DNA from: Balanoglossus misakiensis
Taxonomy: Eukaryota > Animalia > Hemichordata
DNA: 64,000 bases
Assembly (NCBI GenBank): GCA_040954595.2
Contig: CM082589.2
Location: 5,391,186-5,455,185, forward strand
Reading direction: 5' to 3'
Made by a program: the position numbers and the translations under genes. Positions within the stretch are counted from its first letter, which is position 1. Each line of letters starts with the position of its first letter. The notes beneath the pieces are model-generated. The model was not told the DNA's origin. It searched no databases and was given only the letters and a program-made list of their open reading frames with translations. Below are positions 17,892-32,857 of the stretch, in pieces.

Positions 17892-19745
17892 ACATTAAAC
17901 TGCTTAAGGAGTCGATATTCTGACACTATTTATGAGTTTTATGTTTTGAAGGGTCTATGGCGATCCTGTGATGTGAACAAACATATTATATGAATAGGTT
18001 TCTGATCTCAGTTCAGATAACAGAATAAATATAGGATGTTCTTTTAAACCTTGGAGATGTCTTTTTTTACACATGCATATAAAGATACATGTACAACAAT
18101 CAGACACACACCTTTGATATCAATTTGACCATTTATTCCCTCTATTTACATAGTCATTTCCCTAAAAAATAATAGTCCAGTCCACATAACAATGAAATGG
18201 AACAACCATTATCCACCCAAGGGGATTTTTTTTGCCAAAATGTGCCAAGCCAAACCAGTAATAAATTAATAAAAATCACAACCGTATCAGCGTATAGCTG
18301 TTACTCTCTACAAGAATTTTATCCCTCATTGTGTGGCGTTAATGTAAAAATTGCAGAAAACACTAAAGACTTTTAACCATGAACCACTTGATAAGATCCA
18401 ACAGACTTTAGCCTCAAACATTAACTTTTCCTTTAAGTTTTACATGAAAACTAGCAAAGCGTAGAAATATTTGTATGACATAAATTACAACTGAGATAAA
18501 AATATTCCCATGAAAAACTATAGAACAAATATCATGCTTCACTATGTTAACAATGTGTAACTAAATCTAATTGGTTTTTGTGTGTGTGTGTTTGGTGGGG
18601 ACATGGACTTGTATAACATTACTGGTTTTCATCAAAAAGTTAAGTTTCAAATATTACAAACAGTGCAAAGATAGTCTTGCAGAGAGATATATCAGTACAT
18701 GTACATCTCTCAAAAATTAATTTGCAGTTCACGTTAACTGGTGGTGGATATTTTTGAAGTTAGTATATAATGTACATTTCAAGAAATTTCTATGGAATGC
18801 ATTGACGCAAGCCTTGTACAAAAAGGCCAAGAATATGTTGACCATTCTGGCCTCTGAGATATGGTCAGTATTTTTCATTTATTCTATGAAAACAAAGTTA
18901 GCACTTTTTTTCTTTAAATTTTGCTGTTTTTTTCTTTCTTTTAAGTCTCTGCATGGCAAAGATGAAGAAATGTCCATACCCTGACTTGGGAAAAGTGTAA
19001 TTCTAAAATGTCCAAAAAAGTGTTAAAGTCGACGGAGAGTGCAGTATAACAACAATAATTAAGTAGAATGCATTCCTGAAAAGATTCTAAAATACAAAAC
19101 CGATAAAAAGGAAAAAAGTGATTATTCATGCAGTCTTGTTGAAAAAAAAATTAAAATTTTAAGAGAATAGTGTCTAGAAACACATTATGACCAGACTTAG
19201 CTTTCCATACTGCGTACCAACCAATGTAAAAGATTGACAAATGGCAAATGTAGAGGCAAAAAACACAAATATAAGGTATCTATCTGGAAGAGAAGCGCCT
19301 ACTTTCTGTATGTACAGAAATTTACAGGGAAAAAAGATAGATACTGGCTATATTTGATCACGAAGAATATCTCGAACCAGTTTTCTAACACCAACGAAGC
19401 TATAAACACACGTGTGGTTGACCTCTCTCGGCACCTTTTGTGACACACACATGCAACTTCAGCCCTTGAATGGAATATTTTGCCTTGATACACCTCATTT
19501 CAAAATCTAAAAGGGGCTGCCACTGGTGATTATTAACACTACACATTTTAGTAGCACCGTTACATGAATAAAAGTCAGGAATCCGTGAACAAAAATAAAA
19601 TAATGCTACACAAACCATTAATTTTGTAACAACCGCCATCAACTCTGTTTACAAAGAATTCTTAGAAGCCAAAAAAATAGAAGAAGCTTTGTACAAATTG
19701 GGATCACCATTTATCCCAAAGACCTTAACACCACACCCGCCCTGT

Positions 19746-19838
19746 TTAACCCTTTCACCACCGTGGTTTGGTCCAAATCCATTGTTTTCTATGGTAAAGT
19801 TGGACCTCTATAGAGGGAACTGGGGGTGAAAGGGTTAT
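19746..19838. mobile_element. ~90-bp MITE with TTAACCCTTTCACC...GGTGAAAGGGTTA ends (piggyBac-like)
   Basis: Terminal inverted repeats beginning TTAA-CCCT; related copies at ~12262-12354 and ~11866-11940 (reverse orientation), fragments at ~15015-15040 and ~2011-2036. Confidence 0.7.
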
Positions 19839-20298
19839 TGCTCCAACCACATCAATGGAAAACACGTGGTTGGATCAGAGAACGATTGCGAACAGGTTAC
19901 GACTGGTCCCTGATAAACTTGACGTGGCTGAACCATCAGCAGTTTGCTAAGTAGCAAATCACAAGGTACAATATTAAACTTGTTAGCCTTTGTGCCGAGC
20001 TGAGAAATATGACACACAGAAAAAAAAATTCAGCTGCCAAAATTGAATCACTAACCTACAAAATTCGAGTTTTTGATAAAAATTCAAAGCAACCAAAGCC
20101 CAACAACCAAATGCCCCTTTTACGAGATTTCCTGTGGATGTGCTGACTGTGACAGAACCACCAAGAAAACCAGCGACCAGACTCACCCCTTCACAGGTGA
20201 CTACACTACAACTGTAGTGAGCACACACTTTGTATAACCGACTCTATTGTTTTATCACTGTGACGCACTTTGGCAATAACGATGTCACCCGTTGTTTT

Positions 20299-23200
20299 TT
20301 AATCAATCTTGACAGCAGCGTAAATTCTCCTGATGAAGGTGTAGGCGGCGAAGAAGCCGATTGTGCCAGTCAGGATCCAGAAAGTGAACACCATGAGGAA
20401 CGAGTAGCCAAAGTACAGCAAACTAGGGATGAAGTCGGTAATTTCCAACTGAAAAGCAGACAAACACAAATATTCACAAAATCAGACATTTGTTCAACAG
20501 ATACCACGTTTTACAATCCCACACTGAGATATTTTTTCCCATATTTTTCAGAATTATTCTCTGAAACAACAAGAGTAGCATGTTTGGGTATTTGGCTAGT
20601 TAACATGGCCTGTATGTATGTATGTATGTATGCATGCATGTGTGGTGTGTCACTGCATTTGTAATGTTCAAAATTGAAACTTTCTGGCAGTTTGCCTTCT
20701 AAGCCAATATGATGCGCCATTGATTCAACACACTCACCAGAGCATACAAACCCTGAACAAAGGAATTCTACACGATGGAAAACTCAATTATGAGAGAAAA
20801 CTTACCTTGGTAACAAAGTAGAAAATGGCATAAAGGAACACATAGAAGGCTGAACCACCAGACACTATAAAAGAGCGCCACCACCAATGATAATCCTGTT
20901 AAGAGAAAACACGTGACGATTTGAGCAAATCAATCATAATTCATGATTTTTGGAACTTCAGAACAACATTCTGTAGTTTTTAATAGGTTTCAGAAGGCTA
21001 GTTGACATTGGAGGAATGTACCTACCTCTCCACATAACTGGAAATACACCATAACTATTGCAATTTGTGAACAGGAAATAACTAGGATAATAAATACTAA
21101 GAATAAGAAACCAAACAAATAGTAGAACTGGTTTTCCCAGATGGCCTGAAAAAAAGAAATCAAAACCACATTAGTTGTTTGCTGACAACACCTATCAAAT
21201 GACATGAGCATATCTGCTTATTTCCACTAGTTATCTGACAAAATTGTCACTTTGATGTTCTGTCATATAACTTAACAACAACACTAAATAGTGTCCCAAA
21301 CTTCATATTAGGGGCTATACATGTTCAACTCTTCCAGACAGCATACTTACGGTGAGGATGAAGAAGAGTTCTATGAAAACAGCACCGAATGGTAGAATGC
21401 CAGCCATGAGAGTGCTCAGGATAGGATTCATGTACCAGATCTGTTCTGGAACTTGTCTTGGAATTTGATTGGTTCGCACTGGGTGATCATATGGCTGCAT
21501 TTAGAAAAAGAGAGAAAGTAGGATTTAATAGTGAATATTATATTCTTACAAGCCATCCACATTTCTTCAGCTGTGGATGTTGCTATTTACTAGAGAGAGG
21601 GACTTTAGAAGTCAAAGAGATTTTGTTGAAAAAAATTTTTGGGATATATCAAATGAACTGTGTAGGAGTTCCCAGCACTCACCTGTTTCCTGTATCCAAA
21701 GAAGTAGCCAAAGAAGACCAAAGGAAGCGAGATTCCGAACCACATACACAAGAGGGCAATCATGGTGCTGAACGGCACGGCTCCGGACGAGCGCTTCCCC
21801 CAGATGAAGAAATTCAAGAAGAAAACAATGCCGAATACAACGCTAGGGTATATCATGGCAGTCTGTGGAAAAAAGACATGAAAGCTGGTTAGTTGATGTC
21901 CCTTCTCTGTAGCTTATACAGTGGAGCTCCGCATTGACAGTGCAATCTGTGATGAAGCCAGTTTATAATGTCAAATTTCGATATGGGAATCCCACCGCGC
22001 ATGTGCATTGAATGGTAGTAATCACATGTTTGGAGTCACCTGATCACTGCAGTTGATAATGACTTTACGCTGAGTAGTTGAACGTATGAATATTTCGCCA
22101 CATTCTCATTGGTCTGGCGGATTGAATGCAATTTTTCTTTCGGCATTTGCCATTTTTATCTCATTCTGCAATTGTGGCGAGTGCTAGCGCGACTCCTGTG
22201 TGTGTCACATTCATTCAACCAACTCTTACCATGAAAGCAGCTCTTTTCCAGTTGGTGCCTCTCATTGTTTTGTACATTCTTCCGGCATAGAAACCAGCAA
22301 AGGCTCTGGAAGTGAAAATGTAAATTTACCATCAGAATCATACCACATTCATAACAAGATAATCATCACATTTTTCAAGTCGCCAAATACAGAAATTTCT
22401 CCATAGCTACAGAGCTACAATTTTACCAGTTTATGTCACTTACCCCATGAAGACAAACAGGAATAATCCAGCTGTCAGAAGAGCCCCTCTACTGCTGGGA
22501 GACAACATGCCAAACATGGCTAAAACTAGAGACAAAACAAGAAAAATAGGACTCGGTTTATAGAACTACAAATACAGAAACAACTGACTAAACTGGATGC
22601 CAAAGTGACTTGAGAAAAGTGTTCAATATACAAGGGTCTATGGTTTGTATATAGAGGTTCTTCAACACACTGTCGATTTCTACTAGTACCATTGCTAATC
22701 AACCTGTGCCATTGAGTACACTGGATTATAGTGCTCTACAATAGCACGGTGGTCTTACCGATTGTGATCAAGGCCATACAGAAAATCTGTACACCAGCAC
22801 CGATGAACGAAGACAGCAGGATCTTTTTCTGTGGTGGCCGGAACACGTCACCATGAACCAGCTTCCATCCTGTTTCTTCCATTGTATCTTCCTGTGTGTG
22901 GAAATTTATCACAGAAAGTCAGATTATCAAGTGCAGAAATAATCATGGCAGTAGTTTTCATTTCATTCTCATACAAACACTTATTTTTCAACAGGAATTA
23001 AAATAGTGCCAAGTGCACTGTGCTCCCATTTTATCAGAATCAGTACATATAAGTTACATATTTATTTGTGGTGCTGAAGGTGTAGTACTTACAGCATCTT
23101 CCTCTTTGTTGTATCTTGCAATATCTCGCCTCAGAGTTCGAACAATGATCATGGTAAGGATACCTGAAAGAATTTTACAAATCAAGCATTTAAAAAAAAT

Positions 23201-26200
23201 CCAACCATAGTCGTCTGCAAGTAACACTACACTAGCAGTGCGTGTATGAATTGCGATTTCACATTTGTTGCATTGACAAATACCTTCCCAAAAAAGTGTG
23301 GATATTTTCATGCACTGTAAGATTAATACTCATTCTTGTAATGACATTTTGAATGTATCACACACATCACAGACAATGGAGACAACTTACCAGCCAGGAA
23401 GAAGACGACCACGACCGAGTTGATGATGGAAAACCAATGGATCTGCACGTCGCTCATGGCCAGGTACGTGTCCCAACGACTGGCCCAGCGGACGTCACTG
23501 GAAATCCACTGAACTTCATAGGTGAACAGGATTTTGTTCTCCTCTGCAGGAAGCAAATAGTGAAAATATCAGCAAATCCATCAGAGGTCTGAGTTCAGAA
23601 TTTGATAAACTGGAATGAACGAACAAAACAAGATTGTTTTCTAACTGTAGCTTACTGTCAGGTAACAGCTCCTGTCTTTCGGCATCGGCTGGAAATTTGC
23701 AGGTGTTTTCGGCGGTCTTGTCAACCGCTTCATTTTTGACACTCTTGGTCTCCACTTCAAAACCAACAACGCGATACGTTTCTCTGCAAGGAAAGTAGGT
23801 ACATACATCTTATGTCTGCCTTACAGCAAAAGCACTCAAGTTCAAGATGTACTTACAGCAACATGCATGAAAGGATCTCATATACAACAAAGTGCAAGAC
23901 TGTGCCACATTTAATGTATACTTACTCTTCATCAGTATCCGTATGATATTTGAATATCAATTTGAGGTGATTGTTGATATAAACCTACGAGAGAAAAAAT
24001 CAACAAGATTATCAGAATCGTGTTAAGGTGATGAACCATTCAAAATTTCAAAACTCGACATCTGCAATCTCTCCCCGTCCGTGAAATCAAATTACAAGGC
24101 ACGAATCACGACTCACTTTATCGTCTTGATGATGTCCCAATCTGTAGCCGTGTTCGTATTGATTCTCGCCAGTGTCCAACATGACAAATCTCGTGGCCGC
24201 AGGCAAATTGTCCGATATCCTGTTGACAGATACAGACCAATCTCAGTGAGAAATCATGATGCAACAATTCTGGTTGCCTTAAACAGGTTTTCACTTCGTG
24301 CTAGGGGGTCAAATCACATAATTGTGATACTTACAAATGGACGTAGTAATTATCTCTAACTCTGGCAATCATCTGATTGGACAGCTTGGCGTCAACAGTT
24401 TGCTCACACAAAACCTGGCATTCCATGCCCACGTTCATTTTCACCTAAAAAAACACAAATAGAAATAAATATGAATTTTCATATTTCAGTAACTGTATCG
24501 CTCTTCTCTACATTTTTTGCAACTATTTAATTTCACGTTTTCCCAGCTCTCGCAAAGTTCGCAAAAATTTATCATTCGCAAAAAATATCCCAGTAATGAG
24601 AATGCGAGAATGACAGTTGCCATGGATACCTTGTATGGAGTGTTGACGATCCTATCGCCCCGCAACACCTCTCCCAGATTCTCCGGCTTGTAGTGCAGAT
24701 CTCCCTCCGGCTTACAAAAGGGGAGGGAGTAGTACTCGTAGGGTAGCTGTGTCTTCGTACTCGTCATCTTCACCGCTCTCACCTCCACCTCTTCGCCTTT
24801 GGTGAATTCCACGGGGGCAACGCCCGGAACGTAGAAGGCCGAACAGTGATGTATTCCCAACAGAAAAACTAGGACTAAGGATGTAAGCATCTGCAATGAA
24901 GAGACAGGAAAATGACAACGGTGGATTCTACAGTTCTAAATGTACGAGGAATTTATTCACTGCACATGGGATTGTACATGAAATTTACTTAACCCCTTGA
25001 CTACCATCGGTCATCATGTAACCCTAACATACCAATTAACCACAAATCCTTAATTATTTCGCCGGAATTATGAGGCATGCAAAGTATATAGCAATTAAAT
25101 ATGGCGCAGGAAATTTCCGTCACTCTAGGTAGTCAGGGGTTAACTTCAGTGGTGGTTGATTCACACTTATTGGGAAGTGAGGTTAAGGCTTACAGAATTT
25201 CAAGCAGGTATCATTAAAGTTCATTGCATGGTGTTCCTATCTCACTGTACAATTTATATTGCACAACACAAATTTACTGTCTACCCGAGTTCGGCATTCG
25301 TAACTGCACATCACTCAAACCCTGTCCTTATTGCAAGTAACACATGTTGAAACACAGAGTGGTTACCAAGGGATTATGTACATTCACTACAACAGCAAAT
25401 CACATGTGAGACACCTGTTGCAGGGGTTAATACATGTCAGCCCATTCATATTCATTCTGACACAGCCAGCAGTGAATCCTGCACTGCTTACACGTGGCAC
25501 GCGACAATTAATTTCTATCCTCCTTTTCACTCGTTTTCTCTTTTTTCCCCATTTGAAAGATAAACATCCCTCCTCTATGGGGGACCATAAAACCCAATGA
25601 AAATGCCTACTTTGCGACGTGCCTACTGCAAATTCTACACGAACACTGAAATCGACAGATTATATTACAAATGAATGTTTCTGAAAAGATTATGCCTCAG
25701 CAGGTTTGGATCTTTGTTGGGTAAACAGGTTTATCTATATTAATTCTTTTCACAAATGCAAGCATTTTAAGAGCATGAAAATACCCACAGTAAGCAGATT
25801 TATGTTATAATAATTTTTAATATCACTGTCCAAAATTACACACTTGCAGCAACATGCTGCATTGTCAGTGTTTAAATATCTACTGCTGATAGCTTAAAAA
25901 GTTCCAGGGCATCTCTTCATGGCCCATTGATCCACACTTGGGTTGAATAAGAATGTCTGCGAGACACTTTGAGTCACACAAGAACCTTACACTACCCAGT
26001 ACAGAACCAGTGTCCCTTTGGACTAGCAGCAGGTTGGCCCCAATATCAACCACCTGAATTTCTCAAACACCCATTTCCTTATGTTCTTCACTGACCCACG
26101 TTTGACCTTTACCCTGGACAATAGTCACTTACAGTACATACTGGACCAAGACAGGTTCTGTAGAGTCTAAAATAGTGGGAATTCTTTTTTTTATGAGAGT

Positions 26201-27411
26201 GGGTGGATAATTAAAACATGCACACAATAAAAGTGTAACTACCACAATAAAGGCGCTGCCTGTAATAGATTCTTTTCATTATCTAAGTAATGATAATAGT
26301 TCTTGTCTTACATCATATCACATGTATACATATGAATAAAGGGGAAGTCGCAGAAACATTGACCTTTTTTAGCTCATTGTTTTATCTCCTATAGTTTTCT
26401 ATATTAAGTGCCTGTGTAGAAACCTGTCCAGACTTAAAATTTTAATATTTAGTCAATTCAATATCAACACCGACCGAGCATATGCAGTCTGCTCTGGAAT
26501 AGTACAAATCAAAACTGTGTTCCTCTGACTTTACACGTGAAATAGCCTCAGTGTTAGCTAATTATTACATGTATTTGTATTTTTTTTTCTAACCTGAAAT
26601 AGGCTGTGCTGTTGTTTAGGTTGCTGTATAAGAATGGTAACAGGTCACTTCGACCCCTGAGCATTTCTACCCCAGTGATTCACACCTCTTTGTGGTGACC
26701 TTGGGTTAACCAAGGAGCTGACCTTGTTGGAAACTGAGATTGTAATTGTATCTGTTCTACATGTTTATGAATACTGGGTAGGACTAGGGTACTTTATTAT
26801 GTTTTACAACATGCATCTGATTGAGATGAGCAACATTAGTATTATGTTACGTTATATGTGTGTGCATCTATTGCCAAACGACTGAAATATTACATCAATA
26901 ATTTTAATATGATTATGTCTTGACAGCTGTACTAACTCTCTTTTGACTCTAAGTACATGAGCAAACCGATGTCCCACTGAAAATTGCTGAGAAATACACA
27001 CGCCCAACTTTAACGATTCACCGATTATAATTAACATGACGGGCGATTCCCGAATAATTCTTGTCATTTAAAGTTACTTTCAAAGTTATGGATGGTGCTG
27101 CAAATCTCTACATCGTCGCGGGGTGGTCACGATACTATAATTTTAAATTTCGGGGCCACTGAAAGCTGTGCGAGAAACGAAAGTCGAGATGACACGCGAA
27201 TGTTGGCCGGGAAATGAACACGTAGTCAACAGTGTGTTACCAACGTGTCACTACTCACAAGGCCACCGAGAAGTGAAATTTCGAAGCCTGATACGAGTCC
27301 ATATTATCTGGACCCTGTGTCGATTGAGAGATGTGAAGGGTGTGCAAAGAAATGACGTGGAACTACGAAAAATTCATCGCCTGACACAACACAACTCACC
27401 TTCTCCGCCAT
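20299..27411 (-). CDS. TM9SF4: Transmembrane 9 superfamily member 4 (nonaspanin), multi-exon
   Basis: Short first exon MAEK, then ...[12 protein letters not shown]...[19 protein letters not shown]...[69 protein letters not shown]-terminus IYAAVKID*. Confidence 0.93.
24989..25143. mobile_element. ~150-bp piggyBac-like MITE in TM9SF4 intron 1
   Basis: TTAA-CCCCTTGACTACC ... GGTAGTCAGGGG-TTAA: inverted termini (one indel) flanked by TTAA on both sides. Confidence 0.7.
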
Positions 27412-27700
27412 CTTGGATTCCAACGTGGAGGTGGATGATGGAACTGAAGCCAGCTTGGTAGCACCAGTACGCAAATTCGTTCTTATATGCATCGTTCCGT
27501 TATGCATATTTCTAATAAACTATTTTTCATTGTTGAACAAATAATACTTATTTATTTATTTTCTCAAGACTAATAATTCGATGACTCTTCTTAACTGTAG
27601 ACAATAAAATCGAATACTTCGTTTACTTTTAGCGCAACACTTTTCTCGTTGCATGATGGGAAACCACGACCTGTCCTTTCACGTTTGGTCCGCCATAAGT
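27412..27700. promoter_or_regulatory. Compact bidirectional promoter TM9SF4/RPS20 with polypyrimidine (TCT/5'TOP-like) start for RPS20
   Basis: Start codons are head-to-head ~370 bp apart; CCTGTCCTTTC at ~27670 followed by CGCCAT (YY1-like), typical of ribosomal protein promoters. Confidence 0.55.
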
Positions 27701-27782
27701 GCAACTTCACGAAACAAGCTCCTGGCTCACCGCTGTTCATTGCGTACCTAGCAATTGATTACGTCGGCCAGATCAAAAGACG

Positions 27783-28736
27783 ATGGTAAGAATACATCAA
27801 TTTTCCGTGGACGAACTTTGATTCATCGCCGTTCACGGCATATAGAGAAAAAATCGCGCAAACGTTTGCCTGTAGATGGATGGTACACGCGTGGACAAGG
27901 CATGGCGGAGGACAGCGCCACCAACGGCGTGTTATAAAATTCTATCAGATACACAATGTATGTTACTCTATGTTTATTTCATTCCACAGGCTCATTTTAA
28001 GGAAAGTGGCAAAGGTGCCCCGTCCGATGAAGCACCAATTCACAGGATCCGTATCACTCTGACCAGCCGCAATGTGAAAAGTCTGGAAAAAGGTGAGATT
28101 ATTCGTTACGTTTCAAATGAATGATACTTTCCGTACATTACACATTGTGCAAGAAATATTTTCACAACAACAAAGAAATAGACCGCTTTTACATTTTACG
28201 TGAGTGAGAATGCCTTGCAGACTTTCTTTGAAAAATAACGTGACTATATCTCTATTCAGTGTGCGGTGATTTGATCCGTGGTGCCAAGGACAAGCAGCTG
28301 CGCGTCAAGGGACCAGTGCGTTTGCCGACCAAAGTGCTGCGCATCACCACCCGTAAGACCCCCTGTGGTGAAGGTTCCAAGACGTGGGATCGATTCCAGA
28401 TGCGCATTCACAAACGAGTCATCGATCTGCACAGCCCATCTGAAATCGTCAAGCAGATTGTATCCTTTCTGTTCTGTTCAGTTACCCGATTATGTCTGTA
28501 GTTTTCGGCCTCTGTCCGGGTTCAGGGGGTTGTGGGTGTCCCTGTACCACTGTCCAGTTGAATCCCAGCGTTTACCTAGGGGTGGATGGGCTTGACCTGC
28601 TAAAACCCTGCAGTATTACCAAAGCAGTTGTTTGTGTACATTAATATATGTGATTTATCCTTAACCTGTTGCATTGCAGACCTCCATCAGCATTGAACCC
28701 GGTGTTGAAGTGGAAGTCACCATCGCTGACGCTTAA
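27783..28736 (+). CDS. RPS20: 40S ribosomal protein S20 (uS10), four coding exons
   Basis: ATG|gtaag, then [44 protein letters not shown]...[70 protein letters not shown]; AATAAA at ~28777. Confidence 0.98.
28460..28679 (+). other. U12-type GT-AG intron in RPS20
   Basis: 5' splice site GTATCCTTT, perfect branch site TCCTTAAC at 28658-28665, no long polypyrimidine tract before the AG; splicing joins KQI|TSISI. Confidence 0.92.
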
Positions 28737-29477
28737 AACGTACACAGGATGAGGCTTGATGCTTGTGATAATATGAAATAAAACAACATAAAAATGACTA
28801 GTTTGTTTTGGCTTGTGGTTATATCTTGTTGTGAGAGATGCATGTAGAAAATGGTTGTCAGAAAGATGGGGAATGAATAGCTACGAGCGAAATAAAGAAC
28901 GCTGGCTGTGAATATGTCAGTTCAGTAGAAAATATTGGCCAGTAAGTTGTTAAAACGCCCACTTTTATTTTAAACTCATAAAAATGATATTTTAGGGTTG
29001 CTGGCATACATACTGGTAGCAATTACTGTGGCATGCTGTAGGGGTATAATTATAACTCTTACTCGCTTCAGACATCTGGTACCTATTCTCATGATTCTGT
29101 TTTGTCGACTTGCTGTCTCACATTTCCGAGTTATACTCAAGCTCAGAAAATGATTATTGAAATATGAGGTTGTCATGCATTCGCGCTGAATGTATTTTTT
29201 CCCCGGGGAAGTGATGCTGTCCAGGGACATGGTGGTAATAGTAAAGGACACGTTTACCTTCTTCATGTTCTCAAAGGGCGAACCGCGTGAACTCTGCGCA
29301 TGCGTGTGAATCAGCTAGGGGGCGAAATCAATGATAAAATCGACACTGCAGTGTGACGACGCCATTGTGTCAAGAAGTAATGAATATTGGAAAAGGACAA
29401 TGAGAGCGCATAGCTTGTTACGTAGTCCTCAGTGCTTGTCAGGTTGGCCTTTGATCTGGGGTTAGGGTCGCAAGAAA

Positions 29478-31662
29478 ATGGCCCCTTCGAACGGTGAAGA
29501 TGGCGGATGTTATGCCTGGCTAGTCGTAGTGGCTTCACACGTGTGTATGATGTTCGTGTTTGGGTTGTACCAGGCATTCGGTACAGTGTTTCTAACGCTC
29601 CAAAGCTACTTCGAAGAGACGTCCGCAAACACGTCATGGGTCATCGCTGTTATGATGTGCACAGAATTTGCACTGGGTAAGTGTTTCGTACGCGAAGCTT
29701 AGGTCTACTGTTGATCAGTGAACTATCACGCGCCATCGTTGCCCATAGCAACGTAATCTACTCCATTTCTGGTGTGTGCTTTTGAGACCGAATGCACGCA
29801 AAATCATTTTCAATTATTTTATTTCATTTGTGTGGACAAAAGCAGACTGAATGGGTCTCCATTATATAATTGTCTCGACGTTATGCAATCTCAAACATGC
29901 AAGTGACGGGGAATTAATACTAAGCTCATTGGGGTCCTGAATTGGTTCAAATTCTATGAAAGAAAAAGAGCTGAATTTACGATTTGTTTCCCAGGGCCAG
30001 TATCTGGTATGTGCAGTACCAAAATAGGACACCGTAGGACAGTAATGCTGGGAGCCATTATCTCCACGACGGGCTACCTCGCCAGCAGCCTTGCTCCCAA
30101 CATTAAAGTTCTATACCTGACTTTCGGATTCGTTGTTGGTAAGTAGAAGAAACGGACAATGAAATATACATGTATTAATTTCATTTCAAGACTCGCTCTT
30201 CTAGTGGTTGCACCAATTTAAGCAAATGCAATAAAATGTGCCTAGATGTCGTGATTTTTTCTGAATGTAAGCATCCAGATGGAAATTTGTCATCCAAGAT
30301 CTATCCTTGATGAAAGACTTATAGATAATGTCGCGATACAAAATACTCTATATGATATGATGCGATTCAATGTGAAATTATGTGATGTGATGTGAAGTGT
30401 TATTATATTATATTATAATACTAGTTCAATGCACACATCGCCCAAAATATAATTTTGCCAAATAGCGCAGAAAACTTTCCTTTGCCCCACATAAACCGAG
30501 TTCATTTATCTTTTACACAGGATTTGGGTACGCTCTGGTCTTCAGTCCGTCTCTTGGTATAGTTGCGCTGTATGTCCGGAAGAAGTACGCCTTGGCAAAT
30601 TCAATAGTCATGTCTGGGTCAGGAACTGGGAGTTTTGTGTTTTCACCCTTATTTCAAGTTCTCATCGACCGGTATGGTTGGAAGGGTGCCTTCATTGTGT
30701 TCGCGGGCATCAATGCCCAGATGTGCGTGTGCGCTTGCCTGTTCCGGGTTCCCGGGGAAAACTCTCGACAAGATGGAGAGAGTCGCGTAAATGGAGTCAA
30801 AGACAGGGCGAAGACCGTGTGCCAGGTGTTTGATTTCCACGTGTTCAGGGATCACCCGAAATTCACTCTCATAACGGTGACCTACACCCTCGGCTACAGC
30901 GTTGGTTTCGTCGGATCGCCCTCGCACATCATTCCGCGCGCCGGCGAGCTCGGCATCGGCGACGCTCAGTCCCGCGCGCTCTTCATGTCGATGATGGGGG
31001 CCTTCACTTTCATCGGCAGATTTGTCCCCGTTCCGATCCTGATGCGAGAGGAAACGGCCCTGACTGCCTCGAGAATCTTCGGATTGTCTTTGCTGTGTCT
31101 GGGGATTACGAACCTACTGAGCCCCCTGGCGGTGACTTACGCGACGCACGCAGTGTATGTATGTGCGGCGGGAGTATTTAATGGGGTTTGCGTCAGCGTT
31201 TTAAGCTACTGCGTGAAGGAAATTGTTGGTGCTGCCAGATTTACAACTGCAATAAGTGTTTCTTCAGCTCCTGTTGCCGCTGGGGTATTGGTCGGTCCAG
31301 TTTTGGCAGGTGAGTACATGTACAGGTGTACAGAGACCAGGTGCAACTCCGCGATACTCGCCGTTGTTTGACTCCAAATTATATTATAGCTTTATAAACA
31401 CCAGTGAATTTTGTGACGTCATCAGAGTCCTACATTCCACTCAATCATCGCCCATTCTGCTTTGATTACAGGTTACATCTATGACGTCACCGGCAACTAC
31501 AACAACTCGTTTTACTTCTACGGCACCTGTTCAGCCACTGCCGGCATTCTTATGCTGTCATTAGACTCGTGCGCTACCCGGCTTGACAAGAAGCTCGAAG
31601 TACAGCGAACACACAAAGAAATAATTGAACTTGACGTTCACAGTGACGGCGTCGTAACTTGA
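29478..31662 (+). CDS. SLC16/monocarboxylate transporter family MFS protein (MCT copy 1)
   Basis: EDGGCYAWLVVVASH...TSWV, GPVSG...GHRRTV, LANSIVMSGSGTGSFVFSPLFQVLIDRYGWKGA, VGPVLAGYIYDVTGNYNNSFY; four coding exons. Confidence 0.9.
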
Positions 31663-32857
31663 TTCACTAGTACGACCCTGTCCCATGATAACCTGATTTT
31701 ATTTATTTGCTTGCTTATGTATCCTGGTTGTTCTATGGATTGATTTCCAGGAAGGACTTGTATAAAACAAATACGTTGAAGTACAATACAGAAATACCTG
31801 AAATAGACAACACCAGAATACACAGAAAACAATTGAACAAACACAATGAACAAAGTAACAATAGCCGCATGGCAACGACGATAACATTTATTGGCCTCAT
31901 CCCAAATGACATTCCAATAGGGAAAAAAGTTGGATTGGATAGTCCGACGCAATATTTTGTCTAATACGGGCGAAACATTACAAGGAGCATCCGTTGTGTT
32001 GTCTTTAGTTTGAGTGTTGGTCTGTTCAATTCTATCATCTCTATACTTTTCAAAATATTAAGAATCTTGTTTCTAGATTTCCTGTAAGAAATAATAGCTG
32101 TATCGCCAGCACACGTCTATGATTGCTTCAGAAAAATCTAGTCACGTGATTAAAATGATATTGTGCACCTGTGATGTGTTGTCATGGTGATATCGCCTTT
32201 CCTTCAAGGATGGAAAAGGGTGGTTTCATGTGCCTTCTACTAAGTGCAATAATGGCGTGGTTTATTTCGCCATCGCCAAAAACGGTTATTTCAGTAACGC
32301 ACAGATACTTAAATCATGCTATGTGAGAATCACTATGTACATGTACTTTGATGGCTAATTGTTCTGGCAATAAAGAGAAAAGGAAAAGGGCCCTCTAAGC
32401 GTGTCGCATTTGTGGTTTTTTTTTGTGTGCAAGACTATACGACCATAAACAGAAATTAAAAATGTCGTTTGTCGATGAAGGATAAGAAGGAGAATGAAGT
32501 ATTCCACCGATTAAAAATACAAAGTATGCCAAAAGTGGCAGCTACTGGGGTTTTAATGTTAAACATTATTGCAGCATTAGTTAAAATCGTGCAATCATGT
32601 GTTCTGCTTTTGCATATTTTTTTGTTAATTTCTGCATGGAAATTGCTGTATTGAAGACGGGATTCATCTTGTAAATATCTGTCCAATTATACAGATATTC
32701 GTAACATTGGAAAAATTCCTTGGACCTGTATTCAATGTCCACACGATAAACCTGACATCATGGATTTGTGTGGAGTATACAAATTGACAATTGAAACATC
32801 ATCAAAAAACCGCTCCGCAAAGCGATAAGGTAGTTCGCGAGGTGAAAAGGGGTTACC

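Noticed and set aside
28094-28259. Intronic snoRNA expected by analogy with vertebrate RPS20
   Set aside because: No convincing C/D or H/ACA box arrangement could be seen by eye.
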